A stretch of DNA of 64,000 nt from Epiperipatus broadwayi (taxonomy: Eukaryota; Animalia; Onychophora). Below, piece by piece: positions 12,762 to 26,758 of this stretch. Position 1 is the first letter of the stretch; each line of letters starts with the position of its first letter. The notes under the pieces are model-generated. The model saw only the letters and a list, made by a program, of their open reading frames with translations, was not told the origin of the DNA and did no database searches. The position numbers were made by a program, and so were the translations under genes. The stretch spans positions 32,674,001 to 32,738,000 of the forward strand of contig JAQFVV010000001.1 in assembly GCA_028023455.1 (NCBI GenBank), given 5' to 3'.

Positions 12762-15411
12762 CTCTATATATACATTTTGTATGTAGTTACATTGTTTATT
12801 AAAATTTTGAAGTTACCAAATAAATATATTAATTTAACAGAATTTATATTTTCTTAAATATTTCATTGTACGTCATATCTATTAACATATAACCTTTTTA
12901 GTTCTATTAGAAACATATTATCAAACTTTTTGTAATAAAGATTATTGAAATGCAGATATATTAAATTTTTATAAAAGGTTTATGATAGACTTAAAATATG
13001 TTATTTATATTTTAATTCTAAATAAATATGTAGTAATTACATAATCTTTTACATGGTCCTTCAGATGAAAAGTTTCAAAAGAGGGAAAGGTACGCATTGT
13101 TTAAGCTAAAGCTACAAAAGTGGAATATTTAATAAAATACTAAATTTGATTACTTGAGCTATGAAACATTCTATGCATCATTAGATTTTTTTCAAAACTT
13201 TTATTCATATAAAACTTTATAAAGTGTATATAAAATGTTTATAATCTCATGCAAAATGTTTAATTTTTGCAGCTGGACAAAGCTTACATGTAATCAGAGG
13301 TTTGAAGAATAATATTTCCATTCTAAGATTACTTTGAAATTAAAGAGAATAGTACTGAATAATATTAAATATTACGTACAGAAATAGTTTAAAGTAAGAA
13401 TAGATTGTAATATTAATGTGAAGAATTTAAAAAATTATTTTTGTTATATACTTTAGATTATTTTGCCACTACTCATAGATTTCTAGATACATAACCTCAA
13501 CTTATAATAATAATTCTAAGCGTATATAAAATATAAAAAATTTGAAAAATATAATACACAAGTCAATACTGTCTTCAATTGTGTCTCTTTTGTGATGTAA
13601 ATATCTGCTGTAACACATTACAGAGCTTATTTCAATTTGCTTAAAAATATTTTTATATTAAGCATCCATAAAAAATGATAAACATTTACTTGAAAATCAT
13701 TCAACTTATGCAAAATGTTGTGGAATGGATTGTTTACATACGTTGAAAATTGCCGATACTTGAGTAGACATTATTTGTTTTTTGGATTAATAGTAGGTCA
13801 CTGTCAGTAGATCTATTAACTTATGAATGCCAAAAACTTTTTACAGCTAAGATACTAGTGTTCATTATTTTTATAAATTTATTTGCAGCAATATATAGGT
13901 TATTGGTCATACAAAAAAGTAGATTCAATCTTATTTACTTTTAGATTTTCAAAAATTAAAATCACTTCCACAGAATGCTTGTTGAATTTTTTTATGGAGC
14001 TTAACCTTCTTTTTATCCTATTTATAGAATATTTTAGTGTTATAAAACACTACAAAATTTTAGTTAAGAGGTCAACTTTAGTTGTTGTATATGTTCAACA
14101 TTGATGAAAGCCATCTCTGGCAACCGTTTATTGATTTTGAATCCTTGGGCAACCTCAATTTTTGTTTGTTTGAAAGATTCTCTCGCTTAAACTAATATTT
14201 TTTTTGAAAAGCCATTTAAATTCAGATAAAGAAGGAGATAGATGTTGAGCCTTAAGGTTTTATCAGCTGTAATAAAGAATTATATATCAGGAATTGTGCC
14301 AAATACAAGTACTTAAATGTCGAAAATATTTTTTTTCATAAACTATCAAAGATTTTAAAAAGACTGAATAATTTTTATTTGTTTGGAGGGGAAAAAATAT
14401 TTGTCAACTTCGCAATATTTTAAAAAGCAATTGGGTTTGTGAAGTAAAAGCAAAAAAATCTTATAAAAAAGAAACCATTTTAATTAAATCCCTTCACTAT
14501 TTTTTTATTTTAATTATAAATTCCAAGATCATCTTTGGATCAAAAACAAACTTTTTTGATTGTAAGAGTATATATATATTATTCAGTTGTGTGAAAGACT
14601 TGAAAAAGTCATTAAATAACTAAATGTTAGGTAGTCTACCATTGAGTATGTGGTCCATTAATGCACCAGTCTGCATAATTAATATCTTCATGTATGTATA
14701 ATTTCTACATGAATCAATAAAGTGCTATAACCAAAAACTCCATCATCAGTCATAGTTAGCCTACAATTAAAAAATTGTTTGTTTTTTTTAAAGCAAATAC
14801 TTGATAAACCTCACCCATTGACAAATTAAGCAAAAATGTATTATAACCAAGAAATATCATTCATATACAATAGGATTTCAATTACATGTGACTTTTATTT
14901 TTAAAAAATGCCATATTCAGTATATTAATATTAAAGTCATTGATAGACTTTGCAAAACAGAGGCATTATATTTAATTTTCAACTGATTAATTTTATACAG
15001 ACTAATAAAGCAGCAAGATAAGTAAGAGCAGGACAAAAACAATACAAAGTAGACAAAATACAAATAGAAGCAAAAAACAATGTACTCCAATTCACATAAA
15101 AATAAATTATATAAACTAATATAATATTTAATAACCCAAATGAATGAATGAAGCACAAAAGCTTCATTCAATTGATTAAACTGATTGTTTTACTATAGTC
15201 AGAGCTCCCAATTTCAGCCACTATAATAAACTTTACAGTGCAATCAATAGAAATATTATGAGGAACATTCCTTGATTTAAAATTTATTTGATAAAGATGT
15301 TCTAGTACTTGATAATAATAATTTAGAAGAGTCATCAGAAATTTTAAAGTTTCTAAATAAATATTTTTAAAAAAATAAAAATAAATATTATTTCCAATTA
15401 AAAAACAGTGT

Positions 15412-15417
15412 TATCTA

Positions 15418-15501
<84 letters not shown>

Positions 15502-15516
15502 CCTCTCTCTCTCTCT
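15412..15516. repeat. (CT)n microsatellite
   Basis: About 100 bp of interrupted CT repeats. Confidence 0.97.
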
Positions 15517-17539
15517 TTTATATAATCGTAGAGAAAAAATAGTCACTAAGTTTTTGATTAATTGCATTGATTTTGGAAAGTTTCTTAAGCTTCCAAAATT
15601 AATATGATTTAGACAATTATTTTGTCACTTAAAGACCACTTTAAAAGTCACAATAGACTCTAGAAAATATATTAAAACATGTTACATAGATATTAAGACT
15701 ATTTCAAGAGTGTATAATAAAATAATATAGCATTAACCCTATGTAGCTTAGTTCATGGAAGATTAGTAATCTATAGACTCAAAGTTCTTTAAATCATGTT
15801 CCAGTTCTATCACTTCCAATGATTGAACTTCTAATGAATTTCTAAGCAATAAATCATTTCATTATTTTAATATAGCATTTAGAATTGTGCTATAAAAAAA
15901 TTTTACTTAAATATATTTTTTATTTTTATTATTCAATGACTTTTTTATATTAAAAAAAATAACAAGTCATGTTTAGTATTTACATTTTTTTAATTCTTTA
16001 TTTGTAATATGATGAAGTTTGCTACAATGAAGTGTGAATGGTTTGCAGTTTCTCTTAAAGATTTATATAGTGAAATCAAATGTTGTAACAAACACTAGGG
16101 TGGAAGACAACTTCAGTAGATTTTATAAGGCATAGTTATCAATTTAGTTTATTTACCTGTTTATTGATTCCTTTAACATTAAAAATATTGATATGTTTTT
16201 TAAACTATTCTATATGTAGTGAAGCTGTACTATATGCTGTAGAAATACATACTTCAATTATATATTACTCTAAAAATAAAAAATAAAAAAAAACCATTGA
16301 AATTTATAAACTTATTAAATTTTATAAATTTTAATACAGCAACAACTTTTTATAAATCTCAGAAAAGTGGTGGTGATTTTTTCTTGTTAAATATAATGTT
16401 TTCAAATATCAACCACAAATTTATGCTTTCTTCTCAATTAAAATACAATTCAATAGCATAAATGTAAGCATGTATAAATCAATTTTATGATATAGCAATT
16501 GTCATTTTATCATTAATAGCACTGTACAATATTACATTTAAAATTATTAAAATTTGTAAATAATAAATTTTACAATATGGCAGTAGTCATTTTTCTGTCT
16601 CAGAGCTTCATACATGATCAGGTTTATCGATAACATTTCTTTGGATCATGTTAAAAGCTTCACTTCATTATTGTTTCAGGATTTATTTCCCGTAATAAAA
16701 TGTTTTCTGAACATAATGCCAAAAGTTTACAAACTAAAGAACATTCATAAAGCTGATATAGACTTAAAAACATCGAACAATAATTCCTAATAATGCAATT
16801 GCTATTATGCTTCTATATAAAAAAAAAGTCATTGAAGACAAAAAATATCAGCCAGAGCATATTTAAATGTGATAAAATTCAGAATTCTGCTTTAAATTTT
16901 CTTTAAAAAAAATAATAAAGATATAGTACAGAAGTTATTATTTTTATTTTTTGAGTACATGTAAATGAGTAAGCACACATACAGTATATGTATATATATT
17001 ATAATGATTACTGAAGAGGTGGAGATCGAATCTAACCGCAATCTATGATATCTGCACTACATGGGTGCCATCTAGGTATTTGAGCCTAGAAAAATTTATA
17101 AAGTAGGCAGATACATGCTGTTAAGATTTCACTTTATTTAAATATTCAGATCGTTAGCCCAAGTCACTAGCTCAGGGAGTAGCAGAGATAATGAAATATA
17201 ACTTTATATCTTAAATATAAAAAAATAATAGCCACTGCCAGAAATTAACACATAAAAATATTTATTTATGCACATATAAAATCATTCTAAATTTTGAGAA
17301 ATAAATTTAACATTTTAGATTTTTATATTAACTTTTAATTTTACATTTAAATAGATTGCAATAATGAGTTTAATATTTATTTAGTGAGTCGAGTATGAAT
17401 AGACTACATAGATCTGCATTTGAAAAGAAAATATTCTTTCCTTTATTTAACCTTAGACCAAAAGTTCCCAGTCAAACTGGCGCCAATCCATCTAATACAT
17501 TTATGTATTCAATGTAGCACGAAAATACGACAACACAAA

Positions 17540-17760
17540 ATACTATACTGTCAGGAATATACATCTGAACAGTAAGTAGAGTTAGAGAAGACATTGTCTC
17601 TCCACCAACAGGAATGCTACATCTGTTGGCGAGTAGAACAATAAACAAAAAACTCCATAGGAATGGACTGCGGTCCTTTGCCGACTTACAAACCCGTCCA
17701 TAGGCAAACAGAAGGTGTGTGGCAGATGTATGCAATCCTGCCCATAGTGGATCTCATACT
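17540..17760 (+). mobile_element. Possible Tc1-like transposase HTH relic
   Basis: One frame reads TGMLHLLASRTINKKLHRNGLRS, weakly resembling the Tc1 pattern S.RTIRRRLH..GLRS. No TIRs or DDE found. Confidence 0.2.
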
Positions 17761-19082
17761 ACATCTACTAATTACACAAATATATCCAATCCATTGAGCT
17801 AATTCAACTATGAAATGAATAACCTAAGATTACCCTCCCTTAAACTATATATATAACTTTACAAATCTATATAGCCATTCACGCCCGACTTAAATTTAAT
17901 ATTTAGATATGTTCACACAGATGAATTTTATACAATTTGTTTTATAATGCTGAGTATAGATCAGCCACACAGATTCCACAGTCAAAAACATTTCAAAATA
18001 AACACAACCAATCAAAATACAAAATCATCGATAACATCAATTGCATAGGGAATACACAAAACCCAATAGCATTCATCGTAAGATGCTGCAATGACATCAT
18101 TGATTTATATATTCTAATCAAATGTGAAAACCACAACATAATCAACCGCTAATGAATCTATGCAACGTCTATACCCAACCTTAAATTTCCTCATTTAAAA
18201 TTTAAACAATAAATATTAATACAAATAAAATAATAAATGGAAATGATTTTTATCAAACGCAAAATATATAAAATTAAACATTATTAATTGATTTGAAACT
18301 TACAAAAATCAGATAAGAGTCCACTTTAACATTTAAGTTGGTTTGTTTATTAAATTTGTCAAACCCTGATGAAAGTTCTTAATTATTTTTTTTTATTTTT
18401 TTATGATTTTAAAAATTGTTTAGTTCATATAGCTTACGATAGAAGAGACCAGGTTCCTATTGGCAATTCCCCCAAAGACTTTCATGGAAGACCGTTCTGA
18501 TATTCTGGAGGTAGCCTTAGCTGGTTCATTCTGGAATCACAGTCTTTTCCTTTTTAAAATAAGTGAGAGAGAACGATATGTGTGTCCCATCATTCATCTC
18601 ACCAAATCATGTTGGAACTGTCTAGAACTCAATATTTTTCTTTTTATAGTCCTCCTGTGGATTCCATAAACATAGATGTCACTGTTCCATTTTTTTGTTA
18701 TGGTCCGGGCTTTTATTTGCTTCCATTGGTCAAGCTAAAATCTCTTTATTCTCTTATCTATTTTCCTCTGACTTTTTAATTACACAGCTTTTGGATAATT
18801 AATAAACAATCATTTTCATCTACAAAAAATATTTTATCTTTAAATCTTGTACTTTTTTTATAAAAAAAGTACGTTCAAATACTTATTTATTTGTTGTTTT
18901 TTTTTAATATTTTTAAAGTTTTGAATCTGTGCAAATATATATGTTTAACAAACATTTTAATTTTAGCGTTTAGTTTTTTTTTTAATACATTTATTTTTAT
19001 TTGCAAACTTAAAAGTTTTTATTTCAATTTAATGTAACGGCATATTTATATATTGTTACAATATATATATATATATATATAT

Positions 19083-20300
19083 TGTACCCGTCGAAAAAAC
19101 ACCACCATCTACTAAACTGCAAGTTGGATCCAAACTCAGGCAGTTCAAACTGAATTCAAACCCAACTCCAGCTCAGATTAGTAGAAATCTAAATCGATGG
19201 CACAGTGCTATGTGCCAAAAAACTAGCTCAATGGTTGGTTAGGATTAGAGACCCTTTCACTGACACTAATATTGGATAATTAATTAACTTAAGATACTTT
19301 TAAGTTGAATAATAAGTATATGTTCGGGTTGCCAACACAGACAGTGAGTATTAACATTAAATAATTATAAAAAAATTAAGAACTAAGAAGCCAAGTGTGT
19401 TTAGAAAATATTTAATAATAATAATTTGTTTTGTTTGAATTTTAAATAATAATTATATTAATCACCTCTAGCCTTTAACAAAGTTTATAATTATAATAAG
19501 ATTGGCGGTCCTTATTATATGCCAATGAATATTACGCAATATTTGGAAGTCTATGTCTATGCCCCCAACAAGAAATAAAAGGCAGATAAAGGTATTCATT
19601 AGTAAAGGAAATTATTACTCTAATTTTATACGAAAGAATGTGATATTTATTTTCACATTCGCAAATCCATTCATGAAGAGCAAGAGACATATTTTAGGGC
19701 ATAACTTTAACCTTTTATTAGAAAACTTATTTACTTTGAGATAATTGAGAATTTGTTTGACTTTAATTGAAATTACTTTGTCACGAATTACGAGCATCAG
19801 AGCAGGCTTTACCGGAACAGAGAGGTGCTGACGAATTATGAACTATAAAGTGAAATTGAAAGACGATAGCTAGTCGATAATTGAAGTCCTATGGTGGCTT
19901 GCATCTGACAAGTCTTATGCTCTTTGACTAATATGAACAGGAGAGAAAGTGCTTTCTTTCTCAATAATTGAAAATAACAGAAATATTATCACCGATCAGC
20001 CTAACGGAGCGGAAGATTACCCTATGTCAGCAACATTGAAGATGATGATTTACTAGTCACTGTTTGAGAGCTAAAACCCAATTATAGAATGCTCTACGTG
20101 ATGACTTGATCAAATGAATTAAAGTCAAACGAGCTTTTAAGTAAAACTATTTCAAAGCATTTATAACATTATATTAGTTATGCCCCAAACATCGTGCCCT
20201 TCCTGAATCTAAATAGCAATTAACTGAAATTTGAATTAGAGTATATTTAGTTTATTCCTTTATCGACCCTTTTGCAAAAAACATTTTAAGATTATATATG
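19083..20300. mobile_element. CpG-retaining block starting TGTA after a (TA)n run; possible LTR or young non-coding TE
   Basis: Sharp start TGTACCCG after a TA microsatellite, raised GC, about 22 CpGs in 1.25 kb. No ORF homology and no partner LTR found. Confidence 0.25.
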
Positions 20301-22389
20301 AATGAATACACATTGGTGAATACGAGAAAATAGCTGAGGCATAGATTAGAAGCAGAGCTAATAATTTATTATTAGCCAATTATAAAAATAACAAACATTA
20401 ATAATTTTTTTTGACTCGATGATTGATAAAACTGTATTAATCTAGTTCTAATGGGCGAGAATTAACTATCAGAATTAAGTTTATATTACTTGTGTAAGGC
20501 AAAGAAAACAAAGGAGATCATCGAGTTGAAGTATTATTGGCATATAATTAAAAATAACAACATTAATAAATTTACTCAATAAATATACATGATAAAATAA
20601 ATGAACCACCATGTAAGAAAAGAAAGTTAAAGACTAGAGGTTGAGAGAATTACTATGAATTTAAAAAGCATAAATAAAAGAGTTTTACAAAGATTATTAC
20701 ATTATAAATGAGAAGAGCTCTTAAAGGGAGTGTAAAGTAAAGTTTGGAACTGGCCAGAAAGTTTAAGGTTCATTATAGAAATATATATTACCCATTTCTT
20801 CCAGGCTGGGCTCCTTAGGTTACATGTCCAAGTTGGTAAAAACATAGGCATGCATTTAGTTGATTACTTGAACAGCATTTTATTTGAATTTGGCAGCATG
20901 ATTTGTCTGGAAAGAATTTAGCAGCTTCATTGAAGATTCTCAAAGGATTTCAAGAACCATAGCCAGATTCATGATGTTCTAGACCTTCACCATAATTGAA
21001 AAACTATTTAAAATGCACCGAGTTTACTGCACTTCTCTACAACAAAAATGGCTTTTTTTTCCCCAAACTTTTCTGAGCTATATATACTGTCCTCCAATGC
21101 CTTCAGGCTAGTGCTTCTTTCATTATCAATGTTTTTAGATTTACTGGTTGTTTTTAGATATATTCCTTCGATAAGGCTTTCAAACTCATTAACTTGAATT
21201 CATTTTCTAATTAGAAAATGAATTCTTAAAATCAGAAAATGATTTTAATTAGGAAATCCTTATCTTTTTTTTTTAATTAATAAAACTTTAACTGTTGTTT
21301 TTGGAAAGGGAAAATCTGAAAGCTTATCAAAAAAATGTAGCTTTTAATCAATAAAACTTTAACAAATTATTTAAAAATAAAATCAAATATTCCCGATGCA
21401 ATGAAACTTTCGAACAATTATATATATTTAAAATTTTACAAATATATACGCACAATCCACGCAGTTATAATATATAAATTCATGAATAATTCTATCATGA
21501 ATTTATTAATAGAATTGATCAATTTAAATCTGAAACTAATTAATTTTAATATGCATTTATGAAATAAGTTATTCTTTATGGAAATTAGTGTGGATTGAAC
21601 GTATAAAGCCCCATTGCATCGGAAATTTATGGTTAGTACTAGGGTTTGAAGTGGGCTTATGGCTAGATGTCATGAAGCTAGGATCGAACTCAGATCTGAC
21701 TACTTCAATATATATATATAATTGTAATGAGTTTATCAAAAAAACTTATGATATTATATGTGATATACAATATATGCAAAGAAGATTCCAAGCTATGTAG
21801 TAAATATCACAAATCCACTGTACACATAATAATTTTAGTTATTGATATCTGATTAATTTTAACATCGAAAATAAAAAAAACACTGAATAAGAACTTTGTA
21901 AAATTGTCAGAAATAGTTGCAGAATATATAATGCTGAATTATAATAAATACCATTGACTAGAATAGCATATTCATGCACAAGATATTTTAGAACTGTCTG
22001 TTTGAGCATTGTGATTGCATGTCACGTTACTTTTAATTGTTTATATTATGGTACATGAGAAAAAAGATTTTATGCCTTAAAAGTAAATTGTAGTTTTTAT
22101 TAAAGAAATATTATTTGAGATTTACAAATTTATGTGTAAAGTTAATGTGAGAAAGTTTTTATTAATTTTTTTTTTTTTTTTATAAAACAAGAATCAAATA
22201 AAAAATATTTTCAGACTGAGATTGGAAGTTGTATCACTTCAATTTATTTACACCAAAAAAGATTATTTATGTTTTTAAATGGTTTTAGCATAATTTTTAT
22301 TAGGGAAAGATAATTTCTGTTTTTCTAATTTATATGTAAAATTAGAGTGAAAAAGTTTATTAAATTGTAGTAGATATTTTTTCTCACAG

Positions 22390-22675
22390 CATAACAATCA
22401 AATGAAGAAGGTTTTGAATATTAAGAGAAAAAAATTATGCTCTTCGTTTAAGATTTTCTGTGCTTTTATTATGATAATCTTGATTATAGTTTTTATGAGG
22501 AAAAGTTTAAGTTTTTTTAATTTTTGTGCATGTGTGCATGTAAACTAAAATAAATTAGTTTTAAATTATATTTTATTCTTTTTCTGTTTAAATAATTATG
22601 TTGTTTGCTAACCTTGCTTTAGGTTGTGAGTCTGGAATAAATTACTGTAAATGTATGAATGGATTCTATAAGTAG
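22390..22675 (+). other. Candidate exons: signal-anchor-like ORF and Cys-rich exon
   Basis: Acceptor TTTTTTCTCACAG at 22389, then ATG at 22402 giving MKKVLNIKRKKLCSSFKIFCAFIMIILIIVFM. Branch point GCTAAC plus CTTGCTTTAG at 22622, then (G)CESGINYCKCMNGFYK*. The linking donor is weak. Confidence 0.2.
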
Positions 22676-23819
22676 CATTTGTTTTTTATTCTTTGTTATC
22701 ACTAAAAAAAAATTTTTTTAAATTTTGATACAGGGTAATTAAATCTAAAAAAGATTATTTAATTTTGTTATATGCAATTCTTTTTATATTTTATTAGAAA
22801 TAAAAATAAAAATTAAGTGTTTATCAAAGGATTGAAAAGCACTTTGAAAAGGTAAGTATAAATAAAGGTCTTATGTTGAAAATTAGAAATTTCAGATTTA
22901 TTATGTAGTGTTGGAATAACGAAAGATAACCACAATATAACTAGTGAGCAATGGACACATAGAACAACAAATTTGATTTGATAATATAAATTTCTAGAAA
23001 AATGTGTGTCTAGAAAAATCAGTTTTGAATCAAATGTAATTTTTTTTAATTCATTTTGACAAATTTAATAGAAGTTGTTATCCAAATCTTACTATATCTA
23101 AAATTGGAAGACTACATTATTATATATATATTAAATTCACATAAATAAAAAAAATCTTCAAATTTAGAAATAGCATGCAGACTGTAAATTTATAATTGTA
23201 AGAATTACATTACTCAGTTTATAACTATGCATCAAGACATCATGATAAAAATAAACTTTTTAACCAAAAATAATAATAATGCAATGAAGTTGTGACATCC
23301 ACTCTATTTTATAGCAAGACACCCATTCACTTTTTGTTTGCATTGTATGTTTTTGTGTATAATAGCTCATGTTTATTAATATTATAGTAGAATACATAAC
23401 TTGTTGAACTTCAAGTGAACAGTATTTCAACATGCACGCACACACACATATATATAACATAGATACTTTTTATGTGTATAATATGTATAAGTAACTACAG
23501 AAAAGTTTTTGCAGTTAACCGAAAGGAGACCTTTTAATTTCTCCTTGACGCATTAAGGGAAAGGAGTTATTCAAATTCCTAATATCCACTTGATTGTAAC
23601 TGTTATTACTATATAATTAATTTATACATAGAATAAAAAAATATGAAACAGCTATTCACTAATGTTCATCAACCAGTATAAGGAAAGATTACCTCTGAGT
23701 TTAACTGTAATATTAATATGAGTTGTTTTTTTTTTTAAGATGAGATGAATGTGTATGAATAATTTTTTATATATAGATATTTAACAATCATGAGAGACAA
23801 AACTAAATTATAGCTCTTA

Positions 23820-26230
23820 TTCCCAGGAGGTTGTAAAGCTACCACCCAACCAGCAGTTAGCAATCAAATATGAAGAATTCTATGAATTTATTGTTCGTGA
23901 GGCTTAGGTGTTTATAACTGCAGGTCATGAAAGGGATGGAAAATTACACAAATTGTAAAAACTATTTAATATTAAGTGGACATATTGCACTTTGTAAAGT
24001 TAAAAAAAAAAAATATGAACAGATAATTGTTCTAAAAAATGGGCGTGTATTTTATTATAAAGGCACAAATATTGGGAAGCACAAATATTTATAAATAAAA
24101 AGTGGATTAACAATATTGAGGAAGTGATGGTATATCAAACAGAGTGGCAAGATTTTAATGGAAAATAAAAAAATATATAGGTTTGTGCACCAATAAAATC
24201 TTACTGTAATCAGGAAGTAGAGGATTTGTATGTGTATATATATCAATAGTATTCTGTCCAATAGACAGTTCCAAAGAGTAGTACAAAAATTATACCAAAC
24301 AGAGATTTTAATGCTAGAATTGATAGCAAGTAAATGATGAAAATAGATAAATTTGGTTATGATATTAAAAATGAAAGAGAACACAGATTTATAAAATCTA
24401 AAAATAAAAAAATAAAAACTGTACATTATGAATTCTTATTATATATTACGAATTTTTTTTAAAAGTGCTAAAGAGAATTGGTCTATAGAAGCATCTGAAT
24501 GAAAGTACAAAAGAATCAGATTATATTTTCACTAAAAAGTAAGTATGTATTTCAAGATTTTAAAGTTTTTAATAGATTTGACCACCAAAAGTGTTCATTG
24601 AATAGTGAAATATAAGGTATATGTTAATGCATATTAATTAGAATTTGAAAAACATTTTAAAATGTTAATAAACTTTGAAGAAGGTTCAGACATGACTGAA
24701 ATCAATAAGAAGTTAACTGATACCCTATTAAGAACTGCAAAAAAGACAGCTAGTATAAAAAGCAGCAATTTTTAGTAAATTTTCTACTAAGATAATATAT
24801 ATAAAAAATAAGAAATATGAAAAATTTTAAAGTGATTTATTAAGAATTAAAGACCTATGATTCTTCAAAATAGTACAAAGAAGAAAGCTGTAGAAAAAAA
24901 ATCTCTAAACTGTAAAACAACATCTTGATATTGGAAAAAAAGTTATTTTAGCAATAAGAAGAAAAGCTAGAGATTTTATTAAAAAGAAAAATGACACATA
25001 AAATGTGTAGAAGAATTCTAAAAAAAATTACATAGTAATAAAGAACAAAATCACAAAGCAAACTCTATAGTTATTACACCTTTTGAATTGACCAGTATTT
25101 TAAATGAACTAATGAAGTGGCAATTAAATTTATGAAGAAGGGAAAAGCTCCAAGAAATGAAGGAGTTTTAATTGATATCTTAATAGAAGCAAATAAAAAA
25201 ATAGAAATTTTGTCAGCAAAATATATACCAAACAACTAAATGATAAAGATATATTAGATGATTGAATGAATGCAATAGTAATGCTGATATTTAATAAAGA
25301 TAATAAAGAACTAAACTTTGAATACCAACCAAAAAAAGACCATATAGAAGTCTTTAAAAAAGTTGCAGAAAATATTAATAAATGTAACATACTATTATGC
25401 TTTGGATTTGTGGATTACAAAAAAGGCATTTGATTCTATGAGCACTTTAATAGTGATTAAGTATTGGATTGTTAAAATATAGACCTGAGATATTATCATA
25501 TTTTTAAGAATATTTATCAAAATGCAATAGAAATGAATAGATTATATATGATACTAAAAAAATTAACACCAAGAAGAGTATACATCAGGTTCATTTTATA
25601 TTTCCAAAATTACAAGAAATATTTTATGTATTAAAAAATAAGCTAAAGAAGTAAAAGTAAATGAAGATTATTTAAGTCATCTAGATTTTGCAAATGTGGT
25701 TGTTTTTGTAAATAATATTTAATACTTTCAGATGTGATCCAGGAGTTATCATATAAAATTTAAAAAGTAGAACTAAACTATTGTTTAATGGATTTTCTCA
25801 GAAAAAATATATTGATAATTAGAAATTAAAATAAATTATATAGGTACAATCAGTAGATGAAAATAATCATAGAAATAATTTTGGAGAAATACTTTTGATA
25901 GAAATATTTTAATACTAAAAGGAAATATGCTTTTATATTTGAAAAAAAAATTTTTTAAAGAATATATTTTACAAGTTATGATTCAGATATTTAACAAAAA
26001 AGCAATACCACCAAAACCTTAACCCATTCAATAAAATATGGAAAGATGTATGTTAAAAGAAACGTGAGGATATTGAAATGAATCCATAGATGTAAACGGA
26101 ATCAAATGACATCAATATTATTGAAAGAAGGTAATGAAATGGAGTTGGGTTAAATATATTGCTAGAAGAGATTACAATAAATAAATAGTTAAAGTTTAAA
26201 ATTAGTTCCCAAGACATATTCAAACCCTCT
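23820..26230 (+). mobile_element. Decayed near full-length RTE-clade LINE (AP endonuclease + RT)
   Basis: Collinear relic motifs: NKKWINNIEEV and VCAP (EN, about 24090-24190), LYIMNSY and NQIDY-like (about 24420-24520), GKAPRNEGVLIDILIEA (25140-25190), FVDYKKAFDS-like (about 25408-25437), LSHLDFANVV (about 25672-25700), WVKYIARRDYNK (about 26147-26182). Riddled with stops. Confidence 0.85.
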
Positions 26231-26239
26231 AACACCAAG

Positions 26240-26500
26240 ATAGTTTGCATAGAGAAAAACAGCATCAAGCAGAAAATTAGGGAGGTGTATTTCATTATTG
26301 GTAACAATAAATCTATCAATAGATGCACACCTGCTTTGAAATCTCCAAATGCTGGGCTATCTAAATAATTTGCATGTATTTTGCATATCACCATTAGCTC
26401 TCTGTTCTGCATGGATCAGTATTGCAATGAATATGAAGTAACCTGCCTCCAAAGTGCTAAGCTTTTAATATTTTGCACTCTTTATAGCTTCTCTTTTAAG
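26240..26500 (-). mobile_element. Possible LINE endonuclease relic
   Basis: Minus ORF contains AFGDFKAGV, resembling the GDFN motif of AP endonucleases. Short and weak. Confidence 0.2.
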
Positions 26501-26730
26501 CGCTTCTTATGCTTTTAATTTTATTATATTCTCAAGACATTGAAAAAGACTACATGTGTGATAGATGAATAAAATAAGAAAGTTTTTATGGAGAAGAGAG
26601 GCAAGGAATCAAAGGAAGTATATTAGATTAAAAATACTTTCATTTGCAGTTGATTAATAATGGTTGAAAATGAAGCATATATAAACAAAATTAAAGTATA
26701 AACAAATTTATGATAAATAATAATGAGTAA

Positions 26731-26758
26731 ACACACACACACACACATGTGTGTGTGT
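26731..26758. repeat. (CA)n followed directly by (TG)n
   Basis: ACACACACACACACACA-TGTGTGTGTGT, a self-complementary alternating purine-pyrimidine tract. Confidence 0.9.

Noticed and set aside
17478-17490. TGGCGCC as a retrotransposon PBS (also at about 63580)
   Set aside because: No preceding LTR ending in CA and no downstream gag.
20748-21060. maT/DD37D transposase C-terminus on the minus strand
   Set aside because: Only a vague resemblance. I could not recover PDLNP or catalytic motifs.
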